From Kribbella antibiotica (lineage in GTDB: Bacteria; Actinomycetota; Actinomycetes; Propionibacteriales; Kribbellaceae): 40,000 bases of DNA. Location: the NCBI RefSeq assembly GCF_004349055.1, contig NZ_SMKX01000014.1, positions 42,267-82,266 of the forward strand. The letters run 5' to 3'. Below, one piece after another: positions 1 to 9,991 of the stretch. The number at the start of each line of letters is the position of its first letter. Position 1 is the first letter of the stretch. The translations under genes and the position numbers were made by a program. The notes beneath the pieces are model-generated. The model ran no database searches. It saw nothing but the letters and a program-made list of their open reading frames with translations, and was not told where the DNA came from.

Positions 1-461
1 TTCGAGTTCCACATGTCGCCCGCGCCCAGTTCGTCCCTCCCCCAAGTCAGGGGCGGGACCGACCCGATGAGGTCGATCAGAGCAGCCGCGCGGTTCTCGT
101 CCTGGCTGACCATGGTCGGTCCGGCCACTGCCTCGGCCACGTCCGGAATCTGCCCGCCCGCCCAGCAGCGCACCTCGTACCGGAAATATCGCGACCGGCC
201 GAGCCAAGCGAACCCGACCGGGCCTTCGCAGACCACACCGCGATCAGGTTCACGGTTGCTCCACACCGGCGCCATCTCGATCACGAACCGCTGCCCGCGA
301 GCACGCACCTGCAACGCAGAGTGGAACAGATCATCAGCCGGCCGATGATCCCGCCACGACAGCAACCGCTCCAGCACCCGGCCGTTCCACCGCACCGACC
401 GGCCGCCCGCCCCCAGCGGAAGCCAGTACAGCTCGATGCCCGACTCAACCGATGGGCTCAT
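1..461 (-). CDS. conserved hypothetical protein, partial (C-terminus lies beyond window start)
   Basis: Reverse-strand ATG at 459-461 opens MSPSVESGIELYWLPLGAGGRSVRWNGRVLERLLSWRDHRPADDLFHSALQVRARGQRFVIEMAPVW... The frame stays open to position 1 with strong third-position G/C bias. It is missing from the ORF track only because no stop falls inside the window. Confidence 0.45.
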   Translation of the reverse strand, partial: MSPSVESGIELYWLPLGAGGRSVRWNGRVLERLLSWRDHRPADDLFHSALQVRARGQRFVIEMAPVWSNREPDRGVVCEGPVGFAWLGRSRYFRYEVRCWAGGQIPDVAEAVAGPTMVSQDENRAAALIDLIGSVPPLTWGRDELGAGDMWNS

Positions 462-573
462 CGCAGGTCACGGGAGGCATCCTCGAGAGGCACACGCGGG
501 TCACTCGGTTGCTTCCCGTAGGCAGGGCGGTGCGGCACGATCGCAACCGGACCGGCACTTGGCGCGTTGGGCA

Positions 574-1479
574 TCAGGCAGAGTCCGAGTGATCGCAGTG
601 CACCACCGCGACCGGGCAGGTCGCGTGCTGGAGGACGCCACGGACGACCGAGCCGAGCAGGAGAACCGACAGGTGCGAACGGTGATGCCCGCCCATCACG
701 ACGATCTGTGCCTGGAAGGCCGCCGCCGCATCCAGTAGGCCCTCGACCGCGTGACCGCGACGGATATCGAGCTGAATCTCCAGGTCGGGGTACTTGTGCC
801 GCCACTGCGTCGCAACGGCTTCGTAGTGCTTGTCGGCAGTAGCCGCCCAGTCCTCCGCGACGCCCGCCACCAAGGTTGTGTCCCAGCCGTAGACAGGCGG
901 AACGTCCCAGACATGCACCAGCCGCAGCGACACATTCCGCTCGATGGCCAGCTCGGCGGCGAACTCGACAGCGGGCCCGTTCTCTCCTGAGTCATCTAAA
1001 CCGGCAACCACCGGGCCACCCGCCGTACGAGCGGTCCAGCCGTCCGGTACGACGACCACGGGCACCTGTGCCCGACTTGCGACCGCCTCGGAGGTGGACC
1101 CGAGCAGCAGGCGTTTGAAACTTCCCATCCCCCGCCGGCCGACCACGAGCATCCGGCTCCCCTGAGCCGCATCAGACAGGGCAGATGCGGGCGAGCCTTC
1201 GACCAGCGTCGCCTCATGGTCGAGACCGTCGGCCTGATCCTTCATCCAGGTCCGTACGTCGTCGGCCAGGTCCGACTCGGCTTGCGTGGTGACGATCGGC
1301 TCGTAGTACCGGGACCGCCGGACCGTCTCGTCGACGGCGTGGATTGCATGCAGCGGCTCGTCGCGCAGATGGGACTCGTACAGCGCCCAGTGGAGCGCTC
1401 CGGCCTCGCGCCACGCACCGTCGATCCCGACCTGGATCACTGGGCGAACGGTTTCGGATGACGGCGTGGTGGAAGACAC
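574..1479 (-). CDS. universal stress protein, tandem UspA domains
   Basis: 301 aa. Two Usp-like halves ([10 protein letters not shown]...[11 protein letters not shown]...VPVVVVP and VVAGLDDSG...[11 protein letters not shown]...CPVAVVH). Divergent from the phosphoketolase gene. Confidence 0.85.
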   Translation of the reverse strand: MSSTTPSSETVRPVIQVGIDGAWREAGALHWALYESHLRDEPLHAIHAVDETVRRSRYYEPIVTTQAESDLADDVRTWMKDQADGLDHEATLVEGSPASALSDAAQGSRMLVVGRRGMGSFKRLLLGSTSEAVASRAQVPVVVVPDGWTARTAGGPVVAGLDDSGENGPAVEFAAELAIERNVSLRLVHVWDVPPVYGWDTTLVAGVAEDWAATADKHYEAVATQWRHKYPDLEIQLDIRRGHAVEGLLDAAAAFQAQIVVMGGHHRSHLSVLLLGSVVRGVLQHATCPVAVVHCDHSDSA

Positions 1480-1664
1480 GGTGGTTCCTTCCGGTTCGGA
1501 GAGTGTGCCCCGATCGTGTCTCCCGGATGCCGGTTGCAGGCAGAGCCCGTGGTCACCCGCGCAGGTGCCGAAAGGCCCGACGGTTCAGGACCGTTGACCG
1601 CAGCGGTAGGCGATGGTGCGGAGCGACGCTGGTGGTGACCTGCACCGAGGATCGGGAGTCCCCC

Positions 1665-4037
1665 ATGCGCCAACTGCTGGACAAGCCACTCGCGAGCGCC
1701 GAACTCCAGGCGATCAACGCCTACTGGCGAGCCGCCAACTACCTTTCGGTCGGCCAGATCTACCTCATGCACAACGCCTTGCTGACCGAGCCTTTGCAAC
1801 CTGAACACATCAAGCCACGCCTGCTCGGTCACTGGGGTACGACGCCTGGCCTGAACCTGATCTACGCCCACCTCAACCGAGTCATCAAACAACGCGACCA
1901 GTCGATGATGTACGTCATCGGGCCCGGGCACGGTGGTCCCGCCATCGCCGCGAACGCGTGGCTTGAGGGCAGCTACACCGACACCTACCCCGACGTGACC
2001 CGCGACGCCGCCGGCCTGCAAACCCTGTTCCGCCAGTTCTCCTTTCCTGGCGGAATTCCCAGCCACGTCGCACCCGAGCTGCCCGGTTCGATCCATGAGG
2101 GCGGCGAACTCGGCTACTCCCTCAGCCACGCGTACGGCGCTGCCTTCGACAACCCGGACCTCGTGGTCGCCTGCGTGATCGGCGACGGCGAGGCCGAGAC
2201 CGGGCCGCTGGCCGCGTCCTGGCACTCCAACAAGTTCCTCGACCCGCGCACCGACGGCGCCGTACTGCCGATCCTGCACCTCAACGGCTACAAGATCGCG
2301 AACCCGGCAGTCCTGGCCCGGATCGGCGACGAGGAACTCACCAAGCTCCTCGAGGGATACGGCCATCGGCCCTACCTGGTCGACGGCGACGACCCCGAGC
2401 TCGTCCACCAGGCGATCGCCGCGACACTCGACGTCGTACTGGACGAGATCGCCGAGATCCAGACCGAGGCACGCACCAACCCCGGTACGCCGCGTCGCCC
2501 CTGGCCGATGATCGTTCTCCGGACGCCGAAAGGCTGGACCGGACCGCGCGAGGTCGACGGTGTCCCGATCGAGGGCACCTGGCGTGCCCACCAGGTGCCG
2601 CTGACCGGCGTACGGACCTCCCCGGAGCACCTCGCCATGCTCGAAACGTGGCTGCGCAGCTACCGGATCGAGGAACTGCTCGACGCAGATGGTCGCCCGG
2701 TCGCCGAGCTGACCGACCAGGTTCCGGCCGGAGAACGCCGGATGGGTTCCACGCCGCACGCGAACGGCGGGCTGCTCACCCGATCGCTGAATCTTCCACC
2801 CTTGTCGCAGTACGCCGTTGACGTCCCGCAGCCAGGCAGCGGACCGCATGAGCCCACCCGGGTGCTCGGGACCTTCCTCCGCGACGTGATGAGCGCCAAC
2901 CTCCAGAACTTCCGGGTCTTCGGACCCGACGAGACCGCGTCGAACCGCCTCGACGCGATCTACGAAACCACCGCCAAGGCCTGGAACGCCGAGATACTCC
3001 CGACCGACGAGCATCTCGCCACCGGCGGACGTGTGATGGAGATCCTCAGCGAGCACACCTGCCAGGGCTGGCTCGAGGGCTATCTGCTGACCGGGCGGCA
3101 CGGCTGGTTCTCTTGCTACGAAGCCTTTGTGCACCTGGTCGATTCGATGGTCAACCAGCACGCCAAGTGGCTCAAGGTGTCCCGGGCGCTCCCCTGGCGA
3201 CGTACGATTCCGTCACTCAACTACCTCCTCACGTCCCACGTCTGGCGACAAGACAACAACGGGTTCTCCCATCAGGATCCCGGCTTCATCGACCATGTGG
3301 TGAACAAGAAGGCCGAAGTGATCCGCGTCTACCTGCCGCCGGACACCAACACCTTGCTCGTCGTCTCCGACCACTGCCTGCGCAGTCGCGGCTACATCAA
3401 TGTCGTTGTCGCAGGCAAGCAACCGCAGCCCAGCTGGCTCGACCACGACTCCGCCGTACTGCACTGTGCCCGCGGTATCGGCGTCTGGCCCTGGGCGAGC
3501 AACGACGACGGCGACCCGGACGTCGTACTGGCCTGCGCGGGCGACGTACCGACTCTCGAGACGCTGGCCGCGGTGAGCCTGCTACGCGAACACGTTCCTG
3601 GGTTGAAGATCCGCGTGGTCAACGTCGTCGACCTGATGCGTCTAGAGCCCGCCTCCGAGCACCCGCACGGGCTGTCCGACGCCGAGTTCGACGCCATCTT
3701 CACCACCGACAAGCCGGTCATCTTCGCCTACCACGGCTACCCGTCGCTGATCCACCGGCTCACCTACCGCCGGCACAATCACGCCAATCTGCACGTCCGT
3801 GGTTACAAAGAAGAGGGTACGACGACCACGCCGTTCGACATGGTGGTCCGCAACGACCTGGACCGGTATCACCTGGCCATGGACGTGATCGACCGCGTCC
3901 CCGGCCTCGGCCACCGCGCGGCCGAAACCCGCCAATGGCTCACCGACCAACGCGCACGGCATCACGCCTACATCGTCGAGCACGGCGAGGACCTTCCCGA
4001 GGTCCGCAACTGGCAGTGGCCGGCTGACCTGTCCTGA
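1665..4037 (+). CDS. xfp: xylulose-5-phosphate/fructose-6-phosphate phosphoketolase
   Basis: The family-typical N-terminus [34 protein letters not shown] starts at the ATG at 1665 (codon 108 of the 897-aa track ORF). It is followed by [27 protein letters not shown] and GDGEAETG motifs. The product is about 790 aa, as expected for the family. Confidence 0.95.
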   Translation: MRQLLDKPLASAELQAINAYWRAANYLSVGQIYLMHNALLTEPLQPEHIKPRLLGHWGTTPGLNLIYAHLNRVIKQRDQSMMYVIGPGHGGPAIAANAWLEGSYTDTYPDVTRDAAGLQTLFRQFSFPGGIPSHVAPELPGSIHEGGELGYSLSHAYGAAFDNPDLVVACVIGDGEAETGPLAASWHSNKFLDPRTDGAVLPILHLNGYKIANPAVLARIGDEELTKLLEGYGHRPYLVDGDDPELVHQAIAATLDVVLDEIAEIQTEARTNPGTPRRPWPMIVLRTPKGWTGPREVDGVPIEGTWRAHQVPLTGVRTSPEHLAMLETWLRSYRIEELLDADGRPVAELTDQVPAGERRMGSTPHANGGLLTRSLNLPPLSQYAVDVPQPGSGPHEPTRVLGTFLRDVMSANLQNFRVFGPDETASNRLDAIYETTAKAWNAEILPTDEHLATGGRVMEILSEHTCQGWLEGYLLTGRHGWFSCYEAFVHLVDSMVNQHAKWLKVSRALPWRRTIPSLNYLLTSHVWRQDNNGFSHQDPGFIDHVVNKKAEVIRVYLPPDTNTLLVVSDHCLRSRGYINVVVAGKQPQPSWLDHDSAVLHCARGIGVWPWASNDDGDPDVVLACAGDVPTLETLAAVSLLREHVPGLKIRVVNVVDLMRLEPASEHPHGLSDAEFDAIFTTDKPVIFAYHGYPSLIHRLTYRRHNHANLHVRGYKEEGTTTTPFDMVVRNDLDRYHLAMDVIDRVPGLGHRAAETRQWLTDQRARHHAYIVEHGEDLPEVRNWQWPADLS

Positions 4038-4048
4038 CACCGCCGGGC

Positions 4049-4426
4049 CTAGGCCTCGTCAGGCTCAGGCGGCTCCGGGTCGTCCTGGGCCAGCTTGAAG
4101 CGGTCGTCGGCCGCCGAAGTCCGATCGCCCTTCGAGTCCGAACGATCCATACCGGCGGACAATCGCGCCTGGTGCGCAGGCGCGAAGTCCACATCCCGAA
4201 GAAACGACTGCAAGCTGGCCGCCTTGTCCCGCTCGTCGGCCACCGCATCGCGCTTGTCCGCCTGCGCGTCCCGCGCGTCCGCGGCTTCGAGAATGGCGCG
4301 AGTTTCCTCCTCACGACCCGCCTGCGCGGACTCCTTGGCCTCAACGGCCTTCTCTCGCGACTCCAACGCGGCCTCGCGCACACCTGCGTCGTCCGGTCGT
4401 TCTGAAGGCGTTGGTCGCTCGTCCAT
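4049..4426 (-). CDS. small acidic, probably helical hypothetical protein
   Basis: Internal ATG at 4424-4426 (MDERPTPSERPDD...) is preceded by GAGAGGGAAGCCG (Shine-Dalgarno-like). The sequence is rich in E/D/R/A repeats (DAQADKRDAVADERDKAA). No recognisable domain. Confidence 0.4.
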   Translation of the reverse strand: MDERPTPSERPDDAGVREAALESREKAVEAKESAQAGREEETRAILEAADARDAQADKRDAVADERDKAASLQSFLRDVDFAPAHQARLSAGMDRSDSKGDRTSAADDRFKLAQDDPEPPEPDEA

Positions 4427-4739
4427 CGGCTTCCCTCTCGTGGGGCACGATATTCGTCTGCCATGCAGGCGCTTGAACTCGCTCCTCACGGTGACGGCCA
4501 CCGCACGATCGCCCCCTCAGACTACGGGTGCATCGCCATACTGGTCAGTGGGCCAGGGTGTCCAAGGCGCACTGACCGATTCAGCCTGTGGGCGTGCCGA
4601 TCTGATCGTGCTCGAGTTGGAATCTTCACCCGCGCGGCCCTCGACCACACCGGGGCCGTGTACACGGCCGGACAGGACCCCACCACCCGCTACTAAGCCC
4701 AGCCATCACAGCCAGCGTCGACGTCATCCTCGGTGTCCG

Positions 4740-5609
4740 CTAACGACGATCTCCACTGCCACCGCCCACAGCTTGGACGACGATGGCAACGAGGAGTACG
4801 GCCGCACCGATGAGGCTGAGGGGCCTCAGATGCTCATGAAATGCGAGTACGCCGATCAGCGCGGCCAGCAGGGGTTCGATCAGGGCCACCACGGCGGCAG
4901 TGGACACGCGGACCGCCTTGAGGCCGGCATAGAACGAGGCATAGGCGAGGGCGGTCGGCACCAGACCGAAGTACGCGAGTAGCGGCCAGCTACCCGAGGC
5001 CGGGGTGATCCGTTCTGTCATTGCCAACGGCAACAGAATGAGGGCACCGGCACCGAGGCCCAGCATGGCGCTACTGATGGGATCTTGCTGACCACGGTTC
5101 AGCAGGGTTCCGACTGCGTAACCGGCTCCGGAAAGCAGCGAGAAGGCGATGCCCGCAATCGATGTACCGCCGGCACCGCCGCCCCCGCAGACAAGTAGGG
5201 CAAGCCCGAGTACGGCGAGCAGCAACGCACCGGTGATGCGCTCGCGAGCGCCCAGGGCAATGAAGAGTGGCCCGACGCCGAGCGAGACCACGGTAGCGAC
5301 GGCGATGCCGACGCGTGGGATCGCGGCGAAATACCCGACTTGGCAAACAGCGAGGCCGAGGCCACTCAGGAGGTACCGCAGTGGGGCGGCCGCGAACTCG
5401 TGGACAGTCCGGCGCCGCCCGAGCAGGCGGCAGGCGACAGCCAGCCAGACGGCGCCGCCGACAAGACGCCAAAAGGAGATCGCTGTCGAGTTCAGGCCGC
5501 TGTACTGAAAGAGCAGGGCGCCGGTGGGGCCGCCAGTGCCCCAAGCAATTCCGGCCAAAGCGACGTACAGGAGACCGCGCGCCGACGACGGCGCGAGACG
5601 GTGATACAT
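4740..5609 (-). CDS. EamA/DMT-family membrane transporter
   Basis: About 10 hydrophobic segments. Start chosen at MYHRLAPSSARGLLYVALAGIAWGTGG (ATG 5607-5609). Two-fold EamA-like organisation. Confidence 0.8.
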   Translation of the reverse strand: MYHRLAPSSARGLLYVALAGIAWGTGGPTGALLFQYSGLNSTAISFWRLVGGAVWLAVACRLLGRRRTVHEFAAAPLRYLLSGLGLAVCQVGYFAAIPRVGIAVATVVSLGVGPLFIALGARERITGALLLAVLGLALLVCGGGGAGGTSIAGIAFSLLSGAGYAVGTLLNRGQQDPISSAMLGLGAGALILLPLAMTERITPASGSWPLLAYFGLVPTALAYASFYAGLKAVRVSTAAVVALIEPLLAALIGVLAFHEHLRPLSLIGAAVLLVAIVVQAVGGGSGDRR

Positions 5610-5727
5610 CAGACACTCCAGGGTGTTCGCACGAAGAGATCGGGGCGTCTGCGAACAGCCCAAAGAAGCCCAGGTCAGAACCCTGGGCGCGCTGAGGTTT
5701 GCCGTCCGCTAAACCGCGGTCGGCGGA

Positions 5728-6191
5728 GTGATGATTCGATGCACGTCGGCGACCTTAGCAACCCGCCGCCCCAGCCGACGACCCGTTTTGGCTCACGGCC
5801 GGGTCGTGATGGTGTTCGGCGCCGGTTCCAGTGGGGCTGGGCTCAGCAACGGCCAGGCGGCAGCGCTGACTTACGCCCGAGCAGGCGCAGCGGTCGCTTG
5901 CGTGGATCGCGACCCAGCCGCGGCAGACCGGATCACCAAGGAGATCAACGCAGCAGGCGGTACGGCGCTCGCCGTACAGGCCGATGCAACTCGTGAGGAC
6001 GACGTCGCACGTGCCGTGGCCGAGGTCGTCGCCGCGTGGCAGCCACCCGGTGGACTGCACAACAACGTCGGAGTCCCGATCAGCGGCGCAGTCGTCGAAA
6101 CGCAGCACTCTTCCTGATGAGCGACCGCGCAGCCTACGTCAACGGCGTCCTGCTCCCGGGCGACGGCGGCCTGGCGGCCCGCGGTGTCTGA
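5728..6191 (+). pseudogene. short-chain dehydrogenase/reductase with internal deletion and frameshift
   Basis: N-terminal Rossmann part (VVMVFGAGSSGAGLSNGQAAALTYARAGAAVACVDRD...LHNNVGV) stops at 6117. The SDR C-terminal tail (FLMSDRAAYVNGVLLPGDGGLAARGV*) follows immediately in another frame (6111-6191). The catalytic S...YxxxK middle of roughly 100 codons is absent. Confidence 0.6.
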
Positions 6192-6285
6192 CCTTGCCGA
6201 CCGAGAAGGCTGACTGTGATCACCCATCGCCTACCCTCGACAGCGGCCACCAGCTCAGTGAGCTGAACGGCCGGTCAGGCGAGCA

Positions 6286-7845
6286 GTGATGGCGCTTCGA
6301 GGGGACCGAGCCAGGCGCCGAGCGGGGGCCGGTTACCCTACGGCAGTGCCGACGAACACGGGGATCGACCCGGACGAGCTTGCCATCACCCTTCGGGTGC
6401 TGAGCCGGCTCCACGACCTCGAGCCCAACCATCCCGACGTCCAGGCGGTCAAACGGGCGACCGGTTACATGTGGAAGCTGCTCAAGAAGTCCCGTCGGGG
6501 CGCGATCCGCGAGGAGCGTCAGGCGCACGACCGGAGCATCATCGAGCAGACGGCGACCGGTTCGCCGGCGCGGATCGACGACGAGACCGCCGGCATCCCG
6601 CTGGTCTCGACCGCGCCGGGGTCGTTCGCCGGGGAGCTGCGCACCGCCCGCGGCTGCTACATCTGCAAGACGGACTACACGCTGGTCGACTCGTTCTACC
6701 ACTGGCTGTGCCCGTCCTGTGCCGCGAAGAGCCACACGCGGCGCGACCAGCGCACGGACCTGACCGACCGCCGCGCCTTGCTCACCGGGGGGCGGGCGAA
6801 GATCGGCATGTACATCGCGTTGCGCCTGCTGCGCGACGGCGCACACCTCACCATCACCACCCGCTTCCCGAAAGACGCGGTGCGCCGCTTCTCGGCGATG
6901 CCCGACGCCGCCGACTGGCTGCACCGGCTCAAGATCGTCGGGATCGACCTGCGCGATCCCGCCCAGGTGATCGCCCTGGCCGACGACGTCGCCGCCGCGG
7001 GTCCGCTCGACATCCTGGTCAACAACGCCTGCCAGACGGTCCGCCGGTCCCCCGGGGCCTACTCGCAGCTCGTCGCGGGCGAGTCGTCGCCCGTCGCCCC
7101 GCTTCCCTACGGGCTGGAGCAGCCGGAGATGGTCACGTTCGAACACGTCTCGGAGGCACACCCTGCCGCGATGGCGGGGGCGCTGACTGCCTTGTCGGTC
7201 GCCCACCACGAGGGGCAGTCGCAGGACGACGCCGTCGCAATGCACACCGCGGCGTCCCTGACGGCGCTGACGCTTCGGGCGGGCTCGGCCTCCCTGGAGG
7301 CCCACCTGGCCGGCACGGCTGTCGACGCCGGCGGGCTTCTCCCCGACCTGCAGACGAGCAACTCGTGGACCCAGGTCGTGGACGAGGTCGACCCGCTGGA
7401 ACTCCTGGAGGTCCAGCTCTGCAACTCGATCGCGCCGTTCCTGCTCATCTCCCGGCTGCGGCCCGCGCTGCGGGCGGCGACGTCCAAGGCGCGCCGCGGG
7501 TACGTCGTCAACGTCTCGGCGATGGAGGGGCAGTTCTCCCGCCGTTACAAGGGCCCGGGGCACCCGCACACCAACATGGCCAAGGCCGCCCTCAACATGC
7601 TGACCCGGACCTCCGCGGCGGAGATGTTCGAGAAAGACCGGATCTTGATGACCGCGGTGGACACCGGGTGGATCACGGACGAGCGCCCACACCAGGAGAA
7701 GCTGCGAATCGCCGCCGAGGGCTGGCATGCGCCCCTCGACCTGGTCGACGGCGCCGCCCGCGTCTATGACCCGATCGTCCAGGGCGAGGCCGGAACCGAC
7801 CTGTACGGCTGCTTCCTCAAGGACTACGAGCCGTCGCCCTGGTAG
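6286..7845 (+). CDS. long SDR-family oxidoreductase with N-terminal Cys4 (zinc-ribbon-like) extension
   Basis: 519 aa. CYIC...CPSC at aa 124-145 (nt 6655-6720), then ALLTGGRAKIGMYIALRLL (glycine-rich NAD(P) loop), LVNNACQ, and NVSAMEG...HTNMAKAALNML (catalytic-region-like). Confidence 0.8.
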   Translation: MMALRGDRARRRAGAGYPTAVPTNTGIDPDELAITLRVLSRLHDLEPNHPDVQAVKRATGYMWKLLKKSRRGAIREERQAHDRSIIEQTATGSPARIDDETAGIPLVSTAPGSFAGELRTARGCYICKTDYTLVDSFYHWLCPSCAAKSHTRRDQRTDLTDRRALLTGGRAKIGMYIALRLLRDGAHLTITTRFPKDAVRRFSAMPDAADWLHRLKIVGIDLRDPAQVIALADDVAAAGPLDILVNNACQTVRRSPGAYSQLVAGESSPVAPLPYGLEQPEMVTFEHVSEAHPAAMAGALTALSVAHHEGQSQDDAVAMHTAASLTALTLRAGSASLEAHLAGTAVDAGGLLPDLQTSNSWTQVVDEVDPLELLEVQLCNSIAPFLLISRLRPALRAATSKARRGYVVNVSAMEGQFSRRYKGPGHPHTNMAKAALNMLTRTSAAEMFEKDRILMTAVDTGWITDERPHQEKLRIAAEGWHAPLDLVDGAARVYDPIVQGEAGTDLYGCFLKDYEPSPW

Positions 7846-7860
7846 AGGTCCGGTCGATTA

Positions 7861-7968
7861 CCAGCCGCGCTCGGCGAGGCGGTGCGGCTGCGGGATCTCG
7901 TCGACGTTGATGCCGTGGTCCAAATGGTCGACTCTCGTATCGGCGCAGACAGTACATACATACTGGTC
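7861..7968 (-). pseudogene. 36-codon C-terminal remnant of a small repeated gene (ends ...HRLAERGW*)
   Basis: Between the stop at 7969-7971 and the stop at 7858-7860 the reverse strand reads PDQYVCTVCADTRVDHLDHGINVDEIPQPHRLAERGW*. The same C-terminus recurs at 9.1-9.4 kb and 25.7-26.0 kb. Confidence 0.4.
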
Positions 7969-8104
7969 AGGTCACCTCGGTTCACTGGCGAGGTTCTGGT
8001 CGTCGCCGGAGCGCCGAGGCCACGTTGATGTGGGCAAGATCGCGTGAGCCCCGCACCCATCCACAGGCGAGTTCATCGGCGGACCCCTGCAAGAATGCGT
8101 TGTC

Positions 8105-8971
8105 GTGAACCATGTGCTGGACCTCGGGTCCCGGAAGTTCTGGCGACTGGTCGGCAGGCCTGTCGACCTCGCCGCGAACCACTCCTGGCTGCGCGCCCCG
8201 ATGAGTCGTTCCTCCGCGGTCGGGGACGGCTGGCTTTCCGCCGAGGCTGCGCACCACGGCGGCACGGTCGACGAGGGTGCCGCGACCACAGGTCCTTCAG
8301 CGGGCCCAGCACCCGGCCTGCTCCCTGCGATGACCATCCTCGACGGCCCCGGGTTCGACGCCTCCCGACTGGATCCACGGATCCGCGACTTCTATGAGCA
8401 CACCGCCGCCTGGCACATGGAGGTGTGGTCCGGATGGTCACCGCTGTTCTGGCCGGCAGGTGAGCTGATCGCGCGCTTGTTCGGCCGCCGGGTGGAGCAG
8501 CTGTCTCTGCCGATGCGCCCGCTTGACGTCGCGTACGGAATGGACAGCCAGGTCCGCGTGATCCGCGACCGTGACGGCGAGCAGGTCGGCGCCGCGTGGC
8601 TGCGGACGCTCCGGCCGTCGGGCCGCTACGTGTTCAGCGGCTGCTACTCGGCGCGGCGTCTCCCCGGCGCGGCGCAGCCGAGCGTCCATGTCGCGTTCCC
8701 ACTCGAGTCCGGGAACGTCCAGATCTTCCTACGCCCGGTCATCAGCGACGACGGCGGGCTTGTCCTGGAGTCGCCCCCAGGGCGATTCGGACAGGACGGC
8801 GCGTACGTCGTTGTCCACGACAACGGACGGGACTTCGCGGCGCGCGTCCCGCTCCACGAGACCTTCCGCCTGTACTGCGACTCCTACGGGGTGCTCCGCA
8901 CCGACCACGAGCTGCGGATCCGGAGCACCTGGATGATGCGTCTGCACTACAAGATGGAGCCTGCCCGATGA
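8105..8971 (+). CDS. conserved hypothetical protein (possibly DUF4166-like; recollection only)
   Basis: 288 aa with strong GC3 bias from 8105 on. DPRIRDFYEHTAAWHMEVWSGWSPLFWPAGELIARLFGRRVEQLSLP...LRPSGRYVFSGCY. Start is uncertain (alternatives at 8201 and 8330). Confidence 0.55.
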   Translation: MNHVLDLGSRKFWRLVGRPVDLAANHSWLRAPMSRSSAVGDGWLSAEAAHHGGTVDEGAATTGPSAGPAPGLLPAMTILDGPGFDASRLDPRIRDFYEHTAAWHMEVWSGWSPLFWPAGELIARLFGRRVEQLSLPMRPLDVAYGMDSQVRVIRDRDGEQVGAAWLRTLRPSGRYVFSGCYSARRLPGAAQPSVHVAFPLESGNVQIFLRPVISDDGGLVLESPPGRFGQDGAYVVVHDNGRDFAARVPLHETFRLYCDSYGVLRTDHELRIRSTWMMRLHYKMEPAR

Positions 8972-8993
8972 TCCACACCTTGCACCTCACCGA

Positions 8994-9221
8994 GGCCGTT
9001 CAGGCGGGCGACGTCTCCCAGAGCCAACTCCGGAGGCGAGACCACGGCACCTGAACCCTGCCGGGATCCAAAATTGCTGCGCCCCGATCGACCAGTCGTC
9101 AATACCGGCGAGATCGACAGCCCGCACCCGGTTTGCGCTGGTATCTGAGGCGAAACGGCACCAAGTCCGGTCGACGCTCGGCAAGGCGATGAGCGACGGG
9201 GAGCTGGTCTACGTTGATGCC
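8994..9221. repeat. diverged direct repeat, copy 1 (partner 25553-25789)
   Basis: Hand alignment. Shared blocks are GGCC(C)GTTCAGG, CCAAAATTGC, GATCGACCA, ACAGCCC, CCGGTTTGCGCTG, GAGGCGAAACG(G)CACCAAG and GATGAGCGAC.G..AGCTG.TCTACGTTGAT, in the same order and orientation in both copies. Confidence 0.6.
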
Positions 9222-9422
9222 ACAGCCTTCCGCAGCCGCTCGATGCAGCGGGCAACTTCCAAGGAGATACCCGGACCGAACACCGGCGACGTCCGGTCTC
9301 GCCGCGGTGGGTGAAGGTTGGTGCCGAAAGCTGGAAGCGATCTGGACTGAGACTGTTGTCACCGGCGGGAGTGGCGGCTGGAATCCGGATCCGTCTAATG
9401 CGTCGCCGACCAGGAGCACGCA

Positions 9423-9581
9423 TTAGGCGACAAGTACCAGGTCGTTGGTCAGGGAACGCTCGCGGTGTGCCCAGGCCTGTCGCAGATTGACGCCGAAGAG
9501 GACGGCATACGCCGTGAGCACCCACGTCAACCAGAGCCTGGCGACGAGCACGAAAGCGCCGGCGACGATGCAGATCGGCAT
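9423..9581 (-). CDS. possible 52-aa two-helix membrane peptide
   Basis: Reverse-strand ATG 9579-9581: MPICIVAGAFVLVARLWLTWVLTAYAVLFGVNLRQAWAHRERSLTNDLVLVA*. Good GC3. Too short for the ORF track. It may itself be a remnant. Confidence 0.3.
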   Translation of the reverse strand: MPICIVAGAFVLVARLWLTWVLTAYAVLFGVNLRQAWAHRERSLTNDLVLVA

Positions 9582-9991
9582 CCAGACTATCGCTGCTCGA
9601 CAGTAGCGGGCCGGCCGAAGGGCCGTCAGAATGCCGGTCAGCCGCCCAACTGCTCGGGTACGCCGCCACCCAGGCGACCGCGGCCGCGATGAGCCAGGGC
9701 GACCAGCCTGCGAGAGTTAGCCCCCTCGACACCGGGAAGCCGAGGAAACCCCATGCGCCGTGCTGAGGGGGACGAGCGGCTTCGTCGATCGGCGCATGGG
9801 TCCATCTCCTCGGAGTCGGCCCGATTCAGGACGGTTTGGGAGCGCCGGGGCGGGCGTAGCGGATCCAGGTGATGGTGATGCACATGACCGCGAAGGCCGC
9901 GCCGATCGCGTAGAAGGCGACGGGCGACACGATAGCGAGGCCGACGCCGAAAAGAACGGGCCGAAGGCGGCGATACCGCTGGTCCAGCCGA

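Noticed and set aside
1344-1664. 107-codon N-terminal extension of the phosphoketolase ORF (897-aa track version)
   Set aside because: The extension is Arg/Pro-rich with no family similarity and overlaps the divergent USP gene start. The canonical phosphoketolase N-terminus begins at the ATG at 1665.
1480-1664. DosR-type palindromic box (GGGAC...GTCCC) in the USP/xfp and other intergenic regions
   Set aside because: Only weak half-site-like strings were seen, for example GGCCCGACGGTTCAGGACC near 1575. No convincing 20-bp palindrome was found by eye.
1437-3161. 574-aa reverse-strand ORF
   Set aside because: It lies entirely antisense to the phosphoketolase gene. The Arg/Gly/Pro/Val-rich composition is typical of shadow ORFs in 70% GC DNA.
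4463-4696. 77-aa forward ORF in the 4.4-4.7 kb intergenic region
   Set aside because: GC3 bias is uneven, there is no Shine-Dalgarno and no recognisable motif. Support is insufficient to call it.
6220-7769. 502-aa (-) and 432-aa (+) ORFs overlapping the long SDR gene
   Set aside because: These are alternative-frame and antisense shadows of 6286-7845. They are low-complexity Arg/Gly/Pro-rich translations with no domain motifs.
8947-9732. 261-aa reverse-strand ORF
   Set aside because: It is a composite read-through of decayed fragments (repeat copy 1 and a small membrane-peptide region in another frame). The translation is Arg/Ser/Pro-rich and GC3 is inconsistent along its length.
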